Source of the DNA: Lophium mytilinum
Taxonomy: Eukaryota
Direction of reading: 5' to 3'
Assembly: GCA_010093605.1 (NCBI GenBank)
Contig: MU004181.1
Coordinates: 3,534,001 to 3,598,000 of the forward strand
Length of the DNA: 64,000 nucleotides
In this document: piece by piece, positions 37,701 to 49,925 of the stretch
Position numbering within the stretch: the stretch's first letter is position 1
Layout of the letters: each line of letters opens with the position of its first letter
Notes under the pieces: model-generated
What the model saw: only the letters and a program-made list of their open reading frames with translations
Database searches by the model: none
Told to the model about the DNA's origin: nothing
Translations under genes and position numbers: made by a program

Positions 37701-39799
37701 TGTGACACATCGCCGCGAAGCCTGGAGGCTGCGTGTCCGGCGTGCTTGACAACGCACCCATCTGCCATGTCATGATGGGATCCGAGCCCTGATTCAACGT
37801 CTCGGGCATGCGAGACTGAGAGTCATCCAAGGGCCTTGCCCGCCGCGAACGGGTAGAGAATCCGCCTCCTGCAGCCTGCTTAGATCTGCTGCTGGTAGCA
37901 CCGCGGAACGCCAGATGAACATCCCGGACCAGGGAATCGCTGGGACGGAAGCATCGCGAGCACTTCCGCCAGCTGTAGTGCAGCGCGGCGCGGAAGGCTT
38001 GCAGGGCCATGCTGATCAAGAGTCGGTTCCAAATGCGACATGTTTGAGGTGTAGCGAGAGACTGCTCAGTCAGGCTCTGGCGAGCGAGCAAAGCGGCATA
38101 TGTGACACGGGAACCCGCACAGCAGCTTCACCTCTCTTTATGACCGGCTGAATGCCACTTCTAGGCGTCAGCGAGACGGATATGGGCCGCATTCAGTCGC
38201 GCGTTTGCTCCTCCATGTTGCGTTAGGCGCACGCAGGGGGGCCGGGCGCGGATGCAGGTCCGCAGCAGCAGGGAGATCAAACGCGTTTCTAGACTCCTTC
38301 CAGAAGAAAGCAGCCAAGCGACGCCATTAAAGCGGCGCGGAGCGAGTAATTCATGGAATTGTGCCGCCGGTGCGAGGTGTGGCACAGGGCGCGCCGGTGA
38401 GCCTCCTGAGCGTCTGGAGGCCTGACAATAATGACGCCGTCCATCGCCCATCGCAACGGGGAATCGGTCTGCATCCGCCGCCTCAGGGTGCTGGAGAGCG
38501 CGTGCGGCGACGGAGGGCCCGCGATGCTATGGACGGGCAGAGAGTGCGGGTCGGCACAGCGGGATGCAGGCTAGAGTCGTGGGCAGTTGAGATATCCCAC
38601 GTGGATCAGACGGCGCCTATCACGAGCTGGGGGCGCGCACGCCGGGGGCGCTGTGGCAGAGACAAAAGAAACGGGGGCGTCGTTGAGATAGATCCGCCAA
38701 AAGCAAAAGCGACTGACTCCGTCCCTGAGGGTTGGGACGATGGAGCTTACCAGGCAGCTGGAGTGGGCCCGACGGGGAAGACATCCGCAGCCTGGAGGCG
38801 CTTCCACGGCCGTTCTGGCGAGTCAAACAGGGCAGATTGGGCGCAGGGGCAGAGGGAGGCAGCGGAGGGTCGCAGAGCAGCGGAGGAGCACAGGAGCAGC
38901 AGCGGCACAGCGGCGTCGTCGGCTGGCCACCGCATGTCAGTTGGGCCGCTCGCCATCAGATAGAGGCGGTCCGCAGGCGGTGGTGTGGGTGAGCACATGT
39001 GTGCATTGCAGCTCGGGAGACTGGCGGCGAGCGAACAGTGAAAGAGGCCGGCAACGTGGACGCTCGGCCGGGCTGGGCGGCCCATGGAACACGGATTCAG
39101 TGGTTCTAGCGCCAGCTGCAGGTACGGCCTTAGCGTGCAGCGCCGGCAGGGTGTGCAGGGCAACCCTTTCGTTTGGGACGGACGATCCGCGCATTTGCAG
39201 GGAGGCTGCAGGGAGGCTGCGAGAGTGAGTGTGAAACAGGCCGCCGTCGGTCCCGGCACGTCATGTAAAATGTTGCCTCTGAAAGCACACGGACACTGGC
39301 CAAATTTCACCTGTCTCGCCGCGCCGCTCACCCCTTAACGGCCCAGCTTCTTACATATATGCCTGGCTCGCACCCGGAGCTCTCACATTCCTCCTATCCA
39401 CATCCATCATCTCTACCGTTTCCCGCCTCCCTTCACTCACTCTAAACACACTCGCCAGAGGCTGCCCGGCTGTAGCACTCTGCTCTCGACCTCTCCATCT
39501 CTCGACACGTCTGCCACAGCTCCACTGCTCCACCAACACGAGACTCGTACCTCTTCCTCGGTCACCACCACCCCAGCTGTCCGCTTTCGACGCTGTCGCG
39601 CCTCGCACACCGTCGACCAGCTCTGCGCACTGCGTCTGTAGCCTGCCCTGTTGCAACACCAGCCGCCGCGCTGCAGTACCTCGTGAGTCACGTCGCCGCT
39701 GCATAAGCTGACCGCATCGCGAGCCCTCGACTGACTCCTATAAAGGACCTCACGCCCACGCTCTCCGCCATGATACTCCGGGAAACCGTCTCTCTCAAC

Positions 39800-39868
39800 A
39801 TGGGTCGCGGTGCTTACGATACCACGGGAACACCCAAGCCCCCACCGCCGCCGCCCAAGCGACGATAG
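39800..39868 (+). CDS. Putative 22-aa micropeptide / uORF MGRGAYDTTGTPKPPPPPPKRR (optional in-frame ATG at 39770 gives 32 aa)
   Basis: aacATGG context. First ORF after an ATG-free leader that contains an apparent intron 39683-39745. Confidence 0.5.
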   Translation: MGRGAYDTTGTPKPPPPPPKRR

Positions 39869-39905
39869 CGAATTATCCCATCATCGACAACCACCAGCGG
39901 TGGCC

Positions 39906-40109
39906 ATGGTTGCTTTTTCCCTTGACGACGCCCCTCGCCTCCAGCAGCCGACGCGCTCGCCATCGTCAGAGTTCCACGACTTTCGCTCGGTGTCTATCGA
40001 ACAGAGGGATGGCATGTCCTGCGATGTAAGTACAGTCCCAGCGGATCGGCACCGCACCTTGCATGCGTCAGCGCCCTGACTGATTACTCGGCAGCCCCCC
40101 TGCGCCTAG
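39906..40109 (+). CDS. Putative 44-aa spliced small protein MVAFSLDDAPRLQQPTRSPSSEFHDFRSVSIEQRDGMSCDPPCA
   Basis: gccATGG start; phase-0 intron 40026-40094 (GTAAGT...CTGAC...CAG); last exon CCC CCC TGC GCC TAG. Confidence 0.55.
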
Positions 40110-41103
40110 CTCTCTCACTACCACCTCAACCGTTCCCATCCTACGCGCCTTGCGCATTTCCCCCTCGGCTGTTCTCGCGATTACGCTTTTTAATATCGAG
40201 CGACTCTTTATCCATCCCGGCGCGCCTAATACCCGTCAGCGTTCACGAGCGACCATCTGCGACTTTTCCCTTGCACATCCCGGCCTGGCTTACGGTTCAA
40301 CATCTGGCATATCGACACCCCTGTATCACTAGTTTGCTCAGCGACGTTTCTCCTTGCTTTCATCAGCACCTTTAGCGACACATTTCCTTGCGGCTCAAAA
40401 AATTTCATTTCGGCGTTTTTAGACAGGACGGCTCAGGCACAAGGATACCAAAAAATCAGGTTGTTTCTTTTCATGGATTAGCATTGGGTAGAATTTCATC
40501 GCCTGCGGCTCGCGCTGCAATCTGGCATGGATTTTTTGTACTATATAGCTCGGCAGCCGTCGGCGAGGTTTGTGGGTGCCACTGCACCCCGATATCACTC
40601 TCGCCGGGCGGCCTTTCGTCTGAGCGGTGACGAGATTGATGCTCAGTGACGTTTCGGAGCTGGAGGTGCCTGGTCGGGCCTGTGTATCGTTAGACATTGC
40701 TGGGGCTGCAAAATAGACTTGTAATCATCACAATCAGATTTCACATTCTCCAAACACTCTACTGGCCCATACCGGGGAATGCTCTCCCGCCGTGATGGAT
40801 TGTGGTACACGGCGTTGCGGACCAGCGCCGTTTGGCGTAGCGATAGGCTGCACTATGCAGCCGCTCCCCATTCTAATTCCACTGAAGGGAGTAGTGTCCC
40901 TTGCGTGCGCCACCAAAGGCATCCTCATTCTCCTGTCGGAGCCTTGGCGTGGAGGCCACAAACCCCCACCTGCAAGTCGTCACGCCGCTGGACCTCACCT
41001 CCACCATCACCAAACGCCCGCAACCAGCCACCCAGTCGCTCCCTGCCGCCCGCTTCGAAATTCTCCTTCCTTGCCTCGCACCAATATAGTGGACGCCGCC
41101 ACC

Positions 41104-42279
41104 ATGGCTGCTGTCAACTGGCGCACTATCAATATCGACGCCCTCGACCCCGACTCCCCCGCCAACTTCGATCTCACCTCGCTCGCGCCCGCGGTTGCGC
41201 CCGTCTCGACGGCTGATGTGCAGAGTCTCGCGGGGCAGATCCGGCAGCTGCTGCGAGGCGGCGACAGTGAGGGTGCGCTGAGGGGCGCGCTGGAGAACCC
41301 GCCGTACGGTGCTGATGAGAGGGGCAAGGTGTGTACTCCGTCGCCATTCCACCCCAGGCCATAGCAGCGGGCGGACTATTGGATGTCTCTGGGACCTGGG
41401 CCTCGTGAATACGGCCGCCACTGGGCCTCTGTGAGCAGAATGGGGGCGCCAGCAGCGTGGAAATGCGCAAACACCGAAACACACGCACACAGAGTACAGG
41501 GCTGACTGACGGTTTCACCGGATCAATAGGACGTCCACCTAGCCACCGTCATCGAGATCCTCCAGTCCATCAGGCAGTCGGACATGTCCCCGATCCTTAG
41601 TCGGATATACGAGTCGGATGGTGGGACCGAGGCGCTGGATGTCCTGATGAAATATGTGTACGCGCTCCCCATACTGCACACATGAATAGATCTCTCGTCA
41701 GCATGCTCTCCATACCGCTATCTGGGCTCAAGGAGCTGTCCATGGTGTTCCGTATCCCGCGTTGGACAACTCGCTTGATATCGCTCGACTTGGTAGAGCT
41801 TACAGCTGACGCTTGGTTGCTCTCACAGGTACAAAGGCATGGGACACTCGAGCTCGGCAACAGCAACGAAGCAAATCACACCTCAAGCGACCGGCTTTTC
41901 ACAAGTCCACGGGCGCGGCGGCGGCGAGGGAGGTGGGCAGGCCATGAGCGTGCTGCTAAGCTGGCACGAGAAGGTATGCACCGCTCTACGTTACTCTGTT
42001 CGCCCGTCTCTCAGCTTTCGACTCACGAGCAGCCTGCGCATCTATTGCTGGCGTCATTCATGAGATCATTCGCGAGATGTTTCGCGAGTATCTTCGTCTT
42101 GATTTTCTTTTTTGTCGTCATTCGCTGCCCCTAACATGTCTTTCTCCCAATCACGCCGCGAAGTCTCCACCCGCTTCACACATTGGTCCGAGCTAACACA
42201 TCACCTGCCACCCCAGCTCGTGGAAATCGCAGGCCCAGGCTGCATCGTAAGGACAATGTCAGACAGACGGGTGGTTTGA
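41104..42279 (+). CDS. ARC15: Arp2/3 complex subunit 5 (p16-Arc)
   Basis: Exons 41104-41328, 41530-41657, 41829-41973, 42217-42279 give MAAVNWRTINIDALDP...ALENPPYG...DVLMKYVYKGM...[29 protein letters not shown]. Confidence 0.95.
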
Positions 42280-44405
42280 ACACGCGCCAGCACAGCTCAA
42301 CAAGCATGACTCACGATCAGAAAGCGTCATTGGGGTGGGTTATTTTGGACACTCAGCAGAAGAAGCGGTTTCACGTACCCGCTAGCCCGGCCTGCCGGCG
42401 ACAGGCAGCAAAATCAAAAAGAGCAGAGAAGAGAAACGGAGCTCAGGAAGCCGTCTAGGCCGTACGTAGGCAAATGCACATGCTAGCCATTACCACTTCC
42501 TCCCGTCGGTACTCAAGAAAGATCTCGGCGACTCCCCCGGTCGTCTGTCGAGGAATTCACGTGTCGAGCCATGCATGCACACAATACGTCTTTGCTCACA
42601 CGCCCCCTGCTCGCTTTTTCAGCCTCAAACCCGCACGCCCTAACAGGGCCAAAACGCGCGTAGGTGCATACATGCTTCGGAGGTGCTTCCATGCGCAAAA
42701 GACGGGTCAATAGAAAATGTCCTTCTAAAGGCGGAGCCCTCCCCGATCCCCTAGCAAACTCAAAATATCCCCCATCGCATCGCCTCGACAACGTTAACCC
42801 GGGAAAAAAATGTACTCGCCTGGCCAGCAAGCGTTTTCTAGAACAACAGGCATCGGAACAACAGCCGCGCTCCCCCAGACCAGTAACGAGTAACCTGTCC
42901 GCCAACCAGCTTTTTCCATCAGCTCACCCTCGTCAGCCTTAATAGCAGTGCGTCGCGAGCCCACACGGCAGAACGTGACACCCGCGCCCCCCTTTCTCTA
43001 CTCGATGATGCAGTGCCTCGGATCTCGTTGTGAAACTGGTGCGGAATACTGTGATTTTGCGCAGTCACCTAATTTTGACTTTTTGTGCTTTGCGCGTAAA
43101 AAGCTCTTTGTGGTCTGCGAATAGAAAATTGCCATTTTTACCCCGAAATGGCCGATTCGTGGAGTGACTTGCTTTGCGCAATTGATGCCGAGGGCGGATT
43201 GGTTTGGAGGTGCAGGGATGGATGGGGGTAAAAGCAGCGTTGAAAACCAGCCTGCCAGCCAGGTTTTAGAAAGCCGTTCCCTGTAGACTCAAAACCTACA
43301 AGGCTGGCAGCGACAAACTCTCTCGTCCACTTTGCTCGTGTTGGCATTGTGTGTAACAGGCATCGCCCTGCGTGTGGATTCTGCACTCACGTGAAATCGC
43401 AGCGAGTTGAGTCAAGAAGCCGTGAAAGATTATGTAAATGTTCGATTTGAATCTTCCGCGCACGCGCGCCTGCGGCTATGAGACCCTTTTTTTTCTTTTC
43501 CCGCGACCGACGTTGTGCGTGTCAGCATGCATGCTTGTTCTGCTTGCTCCACTGTAATTCCTGCCATGCCCTGCCCTGAACCTGCCCTGCACATCCCAGC
43601 AATCCCAATGCTCCGTCTCTCTCTCTCTACTTTGGCGCGCTCGGCCATGCGCATCCGGAGCTGTTCGTCGAACAAGGAAGAAGGAAATCTTGGCGTAAGA
43701 TGGATTAATGAGGCTGCGTCGATCTCGGGGCCCTGTTGGATCGCGAGACCAGGCGGTTTTGGGGTATGGGATCCGATTTGACTGGGGGAGGGGTGGACGT
43801 GCGGGTTGTGCGTTCGAGAGGGTGGAATTGGACCGGGTAGGTTTGAGGGTGCTGGAGGATGATCGCACGGCGGTGAGGGAACAAGAGGTGGATGTTGGGG
43901 AGGGCGGGCACAACCGACGGGCTTGAAAAATTGATATGGAATCGGAATTTCTCAGAAGGACTTCTAACGCCGGCGAGAGAATGTTAAGAGCTGGTCGAGA
44001 AGGATAATGCAAGTTGCGGGCTAAAAAAATTGGTAGCATCCTCAACGATTTGACGTCGGGAGGCAGTTCTTTTCCATGTGCTGAAGGGTATCGGACGACG
44101 GTGAACGAATCTATCAAAAGCCGTAAATGTTGGTAGGGTTGGTGGATTCCGACCTTTGCAGATGTGCGCAGTGGTTCATGGTTCCAGATGGGGCTATGCC
44201 CACTCGTCCACTCGTCCACATACCAGCTTGTAGGCTGTTCACACATATTCGTCCAGATCATTCATACCGCATCGAGAATTTCAGAAAGCGGCAGGCAAGT
44301 GTAGAAAGTCTTTCATTTCCCATTACTGCATGGTTTTACCACAGGGTCCTTGGAAAGTCCTTTCTTTGCCATTACTGCATAATCCACCAGAAGGATTATC
44401 TTCAA

Positions 44406-45259
44406 CTATTCCATCTCAACTTCTTTGTCTTTGGGGTCAACTTCCCCGCGAGCGTGGGTTGATTTGGGGCCAAATTCTTCGTTGTGCGCGTAACTCTTCC
44501 ATAGCAAGAAAGTACTACAAGCGTATTAGCAATCTTCACTTGATCCTTCTGGGGTAACCAGAAGAGTTTTCGGATATATCATTTACCTTGCCACTGTGCC
44601 GAGAAACCCAGGCCAGATGAAGACCACGCTCGCAATCGCGCGCCCATTCTTGCGATATTGGAAGGGAGTCAGTCCACGCTTGAGCGCCAAGGGTCTTGCA
44701 CCAGCTCCTTCAAGTCCGGATACTCCAACCCGATGCGTGGCTACGATTATCGTCAAGGTCAAGGCGGTCGATAGCGCGAAGATGGAGGCAAGGATGGCAC
44801 AAATACGCCATGCCAGCTTGACGGCGTAGGATTCATGTCGTTCGGGCCAAAAGAGATCGAAGAAGAAGCCGGCACCGAATATGGTCGCTACGAATACTCC
44901 AACGAATATGTTGTACGAGGCCGCGCCAATGAAGTCGTCGTTGTGAAGAAATATGTTTGAATTATGCGTCTCGACGTAATCTTGTTGGTCGATATAATCT
45001 GAGGCGGAAAGAGTCAGATTTCTGATACGAGCGAAAGCACCTGGGGCAGTGGCCAGCAGGTTCACATAGATGAGGGGAGAGAAGTCATACCGGACAATGC
45101 AGCTGTGCCTAGAGATTCCGAGACGACACAGAAAATCATGGCGATTTGATAGACGATAAACTTCGTTCGACGCAGGTGATACTCGTTGTTCCACATGTAA
45201 GAACTTTTAAACTTCCACCACTGGATCTCACGCAGGTCGAGGCCCCAAATCACTGTCAT
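44406..45259 (-). CDS. Fungal membrane protein of unknown function (~4 TM)
   Basis: Three exons give MTVIWGLDLREIQW...HLRRTKFIVYQIAMIFCVVSESLGTAALSDYIDQQ...FGAGFFFDLFWPER...WPGFLGTVASTFLLW...EME*, with canonical introns. Confidence 0.8.
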
Positions 45260-46461
45260 TTTGGCGGTCGGTGGGGATACGCTGAAGCGTTTGAAACGGT
45301 GAGAGCGGACTGGTTATCAAAGGAACGCCGTTGTCGATACGAGGGTAAGGATGTATCAGCGGATGTGGATGGATGGATGGATGCGGCGTTGTGCTTCAGA
45401 CAATACAAAGCGGGTAACGTATGTTGACGGAGAAATGGGAAAAAGGCAGCGAAGAGCTTTGTTGATGTATGCTACGAAGGCTGCTTCCGTCTTTCGGTGG
45501 GAGCAATTGGCAGTAGTAACCCAAGGGGCACGTACAAAGGGGAGGAAGAGTTTTGTGGATTCAGGAAGGACGCGGGAAGGCTAGAGGACGGGGCAGATTA
45601 TTGCTCATCGGCTTCGACGGTTTATCATCAGACAAGGGCGCATGCATCGCGGCCATATTTTTCTAAGACGATCGGGTGATTTGCAATGCTGCTTGCTGAG
45701 CTGAGGTTGGCTTAGACGCCGGAACGCTTCGCTATCGACGTCATCGGCGCGGGGCAAACCTACCAGCGCTTCTCGCCAAATAGAGTAGGGCTGATCGCGG
45801 GCACCTCCTTGCAGCATGCAAAAGCCTTTCTGCCCGTAATGCCCTCCGAAGACTGCTAAAAAAGCTGCCGTCCGACCGACAGCGTGTCTGCTGCCGGCAG
45901 TCTACGGATAGTGACATAACTTCGGTCATCAGCTTTGCAGCGGCGACAGTTTGACTCGATGAGAGAGATCCGACAATTCACCGGATGCTTGCGCTTGGAG
46001 GGGAGCGGGTCCTGCGGGCCACGGGTAGATCGGAGAAGTGCTTATCCCCGTAGGTACACCTCTTCTTCATCGTTCAATTATTTTCCATCGTTAGCAATGC
46101 CATTCCTCAGCTTCTACTCGGGCTTCTTTTGAGTTGCCTTTCCGGATCCATCGTACAAAGATTCAACGGCACTTTCGTCCTGGTAGAAGTAGTCATGAAG
46201 GCATGCCGGCATGAGCAATAATAATTGTGACACCTGGGCTCTCCGCGGAGGTCAACATCGGTATGCACCCCTCACCAAAATATGCTGTCAATTAGTCTCT
46301 CATCCAGGACGCGAATTTCTTTTGATTTCTCTTCCAATAGTAGAGCTCGGAGAGCGTCAATAGAGTTTCGACTGTCTGAACAAGGCTCTATACAAGATCC
46401 GAATATAGTAAAGGATGTTCTATCATGTCTTATTTCCGCAAGAACTGAAAACATCTCATCT

Positions 46462-47379
46462 TTAGTCCTCTATGCTGATGTAGGACTTGCTACATCGTTC
46501 CCATTCCGTCAAATCCTCCTCTAATAAACTTATCATTTTCATCCCGCATACATCATTACACTCAATCATCACCATATTGTCCATCGCCAGATCCCCAACT
46601 ATCTCTCTCACCTCCTTCAACCCTTTCTTCCCAAGCTCCTCTACCCCATCCAGCATCCCCTTCCTGAGCACCTCCAGAAGGCCAGCCACGCGCCAAACCT
46701 CCTCTTCGTAGTCCTCCACAAAGCATTCAGACACATACCGCAACGCCAATCTCTGTAGCTTTCTCTTCTGAAACACCTCTAGCAGCTCTTCTATCCACGA
46801 CACAGGTTTTGCCAGCCCAGCCGACAAACAATCTGCACCAGGCAGCCTCCCCACCATATCCAGCTTCAAAGCTCTCAGCCCCGTGCAGCCCCCTAAAGCC
46901 GCACAAAAGCCCCTCCATTCCTGTTTCTCAGCACCATCCAGTGGTGCTAGCTCAGACCCCACCGACCCGAAATGGATCTCCAGCGAACGGAGCGCACGGA
47001 ACGGCACACTCCTCAAAAAGCAGCTTGCAACGTTCGCCGGACACAACCACCCCTTTGGATCCTCACGCACTAGTCGTCGAAGCGCAAATGTATTGACATT
47101 GTACACTATCTCCCTCGCCTCGGCGCGGATCTGCTTGTTGGCCAGCAACAGCGCAAACGGGAGGCGTGATGAAAGACTGGGCATGGAATAGGAGGGCTCG
47201 ACTGCCCAACTTCCATTCGAGGGGACGATGCCGATGGGGTCGTTACTTTGGAACGCGGCTTCGTAGACTTGGAGCCGCAGCTCGGGAGGGAGGTGGAGGA
47301 ATGGGAAGGGCTTTTCGTGGGGTTCGGGGGTAGGGGTGCTGCGAGTGTCGCACTCCGTTATGGTGCTGAGGGTCTGCAT
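46462..47379 (-). CDS. Hypothetical protein with N-terminal F-box-like motif (paralogue 1 of 4)
   Basis: FPFLHLPPELRLQVYE...LLLANKQIRAEAREIVYNVNTF...LRSLEI...LRKGMLDG...GKKG. Confidence 0.75.
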   Translation of the reverse strand: MQTLSTITECDTRSTPTPEPHEKPFPFLHLPPELRLQVYEAAFQSNDPIGIVPSNGSWAVEPSYSMPSLSSRLPFALLLANKQIRAEAREIVYNVNTFALRRLVREDPKGWLCPANVASCFLRSVPFRALRSLEIHFGSVGSELAPLDGAEKQEWRGFCAALGGCTGLRALKLDMVGRLPGADCLSAGLAKPVSWIEELLEVFQKRKLQRLALRYVSECFVEDYEEEVWRVAGLLEVLRKGMLDGVEELGKKGLKEVREIVGDLAMDNMVMIECNDVCGMKMISLLEEDLTEWERCSKSYISIED

Positions 47380-48218
47380 AGAGTGGTTTGTGGTTATGAT
47401 ATAGGCATATGTGGGTTGTACGGCATTTGGCGTCGTGAATGAGGGAGGGCATCATAAAGGTAGAGCTGTGAGATATATGACGCGATCATGGGTATGACTT
47501 CGTGGAGGTGATGATGCGTGTTCCTACGTGTGAGCCAGGGCAATGTGAAGGGGATCCGAGGAGGAGATGGTGAAGAGTTGGACCGTTTGAGTTCCATGGC
47601 ACCGCGCCTTGCAATACGTCACGGATCCATCAAAGGCTTTCCAAAGCCGGCTAGATTCAAAAGGTAAGAGGTTCTACATCCTATTCTGATTTCCGAACCT
47701 ACGCTGAGGGACCTCAAGTAGCGGTACCATAGTATACACAGTCACCTAAAAGGCTGTCTTGTCTTAGTTCTCGGAGTCACATAGATGGACCCCAAGCACC
47801 GGCAAACCAGTATAGCCTAACAGACATCCCCAGAATTATTCAACTATCATGTTTGACATCCCGTGAAGGCGGGAAGTCAAGACGACGTGGGGGAACTGCT
47901 TGCAACTGTATGGGGTGGCCCAATACGCTTTCAAAATTCCGAGCACGATGTAAAAGTCAATAGAGTTGAGATTAGGCTACCCTTTGACGAAGCCAATACT
48001 AGCTGCCAGGGGTCCTCCTCACAGTGGTGAGGAGCGAGCAGGAGGGGGAGCAAAGAGCACATCTGTTCATCACTAAAAGGATTTCAAGCCTTTGAGTACA
48101 ATGTAAAGGTAATTGTAGTTGAAATTAGACTTCATTTTGACTGAGGTAGTACTAGCTAAATGAGACACCCTTCACAGCGGTATCGAGTGCGCAATAGTGA
48201 AGCCGGAACCGTGAGATA

Positions 48219-49925
48219 TCACGTTAAACTCTTCAGATACCCGTCTTTCCACTCATTTATACTCGCACGGCTATCCCGGCTTCCACGGTGGCTATGAATG
48301 TCGACTGGGTCGCCGGGGATGCTGATATTAGAATCCACGGTATCCTCACTGAACTTGTCGAGGTCCGTAGCCGCGGGCTCGCTGGTGTCCCTTGTGTCTT
48401 TGCTGTCGTTGTCGGGTACAGACATCTGATCGTTTTCAGCTTCTGCCGGTTTCCTCCTGATCCACCACATATCCTTCGGAGCAGTTCGTTCTTTGATAAG
48501 GAGCGATGATCCCTTGTAATGGTCATGGCTGGTGAGCTCCCAATACATTCCCTCCTTGTATCGGTTATAATCCTGTCCTGCTGTGTGTCTCCACCTGGCC
48601 CGGATGCCCTCGATGCCCCAGCTTTCAGATCCAGGCAAGAGCTTTATGCGGAGATATCTTAGCATGTCCACTCCGGCGCGCAAGAGACCGTCAAATTCGA
48701 ACTGGATTTTCAAGTCTTGAACACCTATTACCGACGCCAGGAGCTCCTCCACGGCCTCTTGATGCTGAGCAAGTTGCCGTACATTGTCGGGGTTATCCGG
48801 ATCATGAGACTGCCAAACGGCTTGCCCGTTCGGTTTTGAGATCCCTAGAGGCTCCCGTGATAGGACGAGGCCGAGGTGTTTCAAGCGTAGATGTCTACTG
48901 AGTTCCTCGCATATCAAGGTCCGGTGCATCTTATTTAAAGGCAAAAGATTATGCGTACTCTCCTCGTAACCTTCCCAGCTTTGCTGAGAATGCACTTCGA
49001 TGGAACGAACCTTCTGCAAAGACCTTTTGGGGAGGTCCATGAGAAACTGTACGGGCGTCCAGCTCGTCCACGGTGGCGATATGCAGTGATCAAACTCGAA
49101 TGTATTCTTGCCATAGTACATCTGTGTTGCCTCTTCGTACACTTGCTTATTCACCAGAAAGATGTGGGTATCGGCACGAGGTTCCTTCGTTTCGTTATAC
49201 CGCTTCTCCATGCAGTGAGGCGCAAGCTCGTAGTCGTAGGTGCGAGGTTGATTATGGAAGTCGAGCTGGGGTGCCTCTAGGCCACTGTCTTCAAAGTCCA
49301 CATCGATTGATTGACTTAGTGCTGGTTTAGTAGTGCTGGGATGAGGATCACCCGCCTTGTGCTCGATATTGTACAGTACGTGCTGAATGCCGATTCGCTT
49401 CCTGACAAGGCTGAAGTGGTAGATCTGGTCCCGGAGCTCTCTAGGAAGGTCAAGAAAACGGAACGGTTGATACACTGCGGGTGGACACGATGGAGGGTCG
49501 TCAGATTCCATGACCTCGTCTTCTCCATCTTCGCGCAGTCGTAATGATATGGTTGCCTTGAAGTGTTTGTTGTTGGGGTTAAGAAAAGTACTTCTCCAAT
49601 CATCCCAGTCTATGGCCAATAAGTCTTTCTCAACAGCTTTGCCTTTGCGGTTGAGGTACCCTAATAGAATGCCGCCTAACTGAGTATTGTTTCCGATGCA
49701 GTTCAACTGCGCTCGTAGGACGTCACGCCAGGTCGGAGGCTGAAGTCGTCGCGGGTCTCCAGCGGCGATGAAGGTCTGGGGGAGGGGCCGAAGTCCGTTT
49801 TCTTCGATATGCTTGGAGACCGTGGAATGCCATGCGGACTTATCATCAATGAAAACGCGCAGAGGAAGCGGAGGAAGCCCGTCAGCGGCTCTTAAAGCCT
49901 CATCAGCCAGGGGAGGCTCCGCCAT
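48219..49925 (-). CDS. Hypothetical protein with F-box-like motif and extra N-terminal domain (paralogue 2 of 4)
   Basis: Likely start MAEPPL at 49925. PFRFLDLPRELRDQIY...IFLVNKQVYEEATQMYYGKNTFEF...VQFLMD...KVRSIEV...LRLKHLGL. Confidence 0.78.
   Translation of the reverse strand: MAEPPLADEALRAADGLPPLPLRVFIDDKSAWHSTVSKHIEENGLRPLPQTFIAAGDPRRLQPPTWRDVLRAQLNCIGNNTQLGGILLGYLNRKGKAVEKDLLAIDWDDWRSTFLNPNNKHFKATISLRLREDGEDEVMESDDPPSCPPAVYQPFRFLDLPRELRDQIYHFSLVRKRIGIQHVLYNIEHKAGDPHPSTTKPALSQSIDVDFEDSGLEAPQLDFHNQPRTYDYELAPHCMEKRYNETKEPRADTHIFLVNKQVYEEATQMYYGKNTFEFDHCISPPWTSWTPVQFLMDLPKRSLQKVRSIEVHSQQSWEGYEESTHNLLPLNKMHRTLICEELSRHLRLKHLGLVLSREPLGISKPNGQAVWQSHDPDNPDNVRQLAQHQEAVEELLASVIGVQDLKIQFEFDGLLRAGVDMLRYLRIKLLPGSESWGIEGIRARWRHTAGQDYNRYKEGMYWELTSHDHYKGSSLLIKERTAPKDMWWIRRKPAEAENDQMSVPDNDSKDTRDTSEPAATDLDKFSEDTVDSNISIPGDPVDIHSHRGSRDSRASINEWKDGYLKSLT

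Noticed and set aside
39739..39745. TATAAA as the promoter of the micropeptide ORFs
   Set aside because: It fits better as the 3' end of an intron (upstream GTGAGT donor, CTGAC branch, AAG acceptor). Not excluded without TSS data.
42300..44300. Candidate structured ncRNA (telomerase RNA or snoRNA) in the ARC15 3' intergenic region, and the 261-aa minus ORF 43476-44261
   Set aside because: Only a partial CCCTAAC and short stems (e.g. CTGCCAGCC/GGCTGGCAG), with no full template or paired C/D boxes seen by eye. The ORF is not protein-like. An Infernal scan would be needed.
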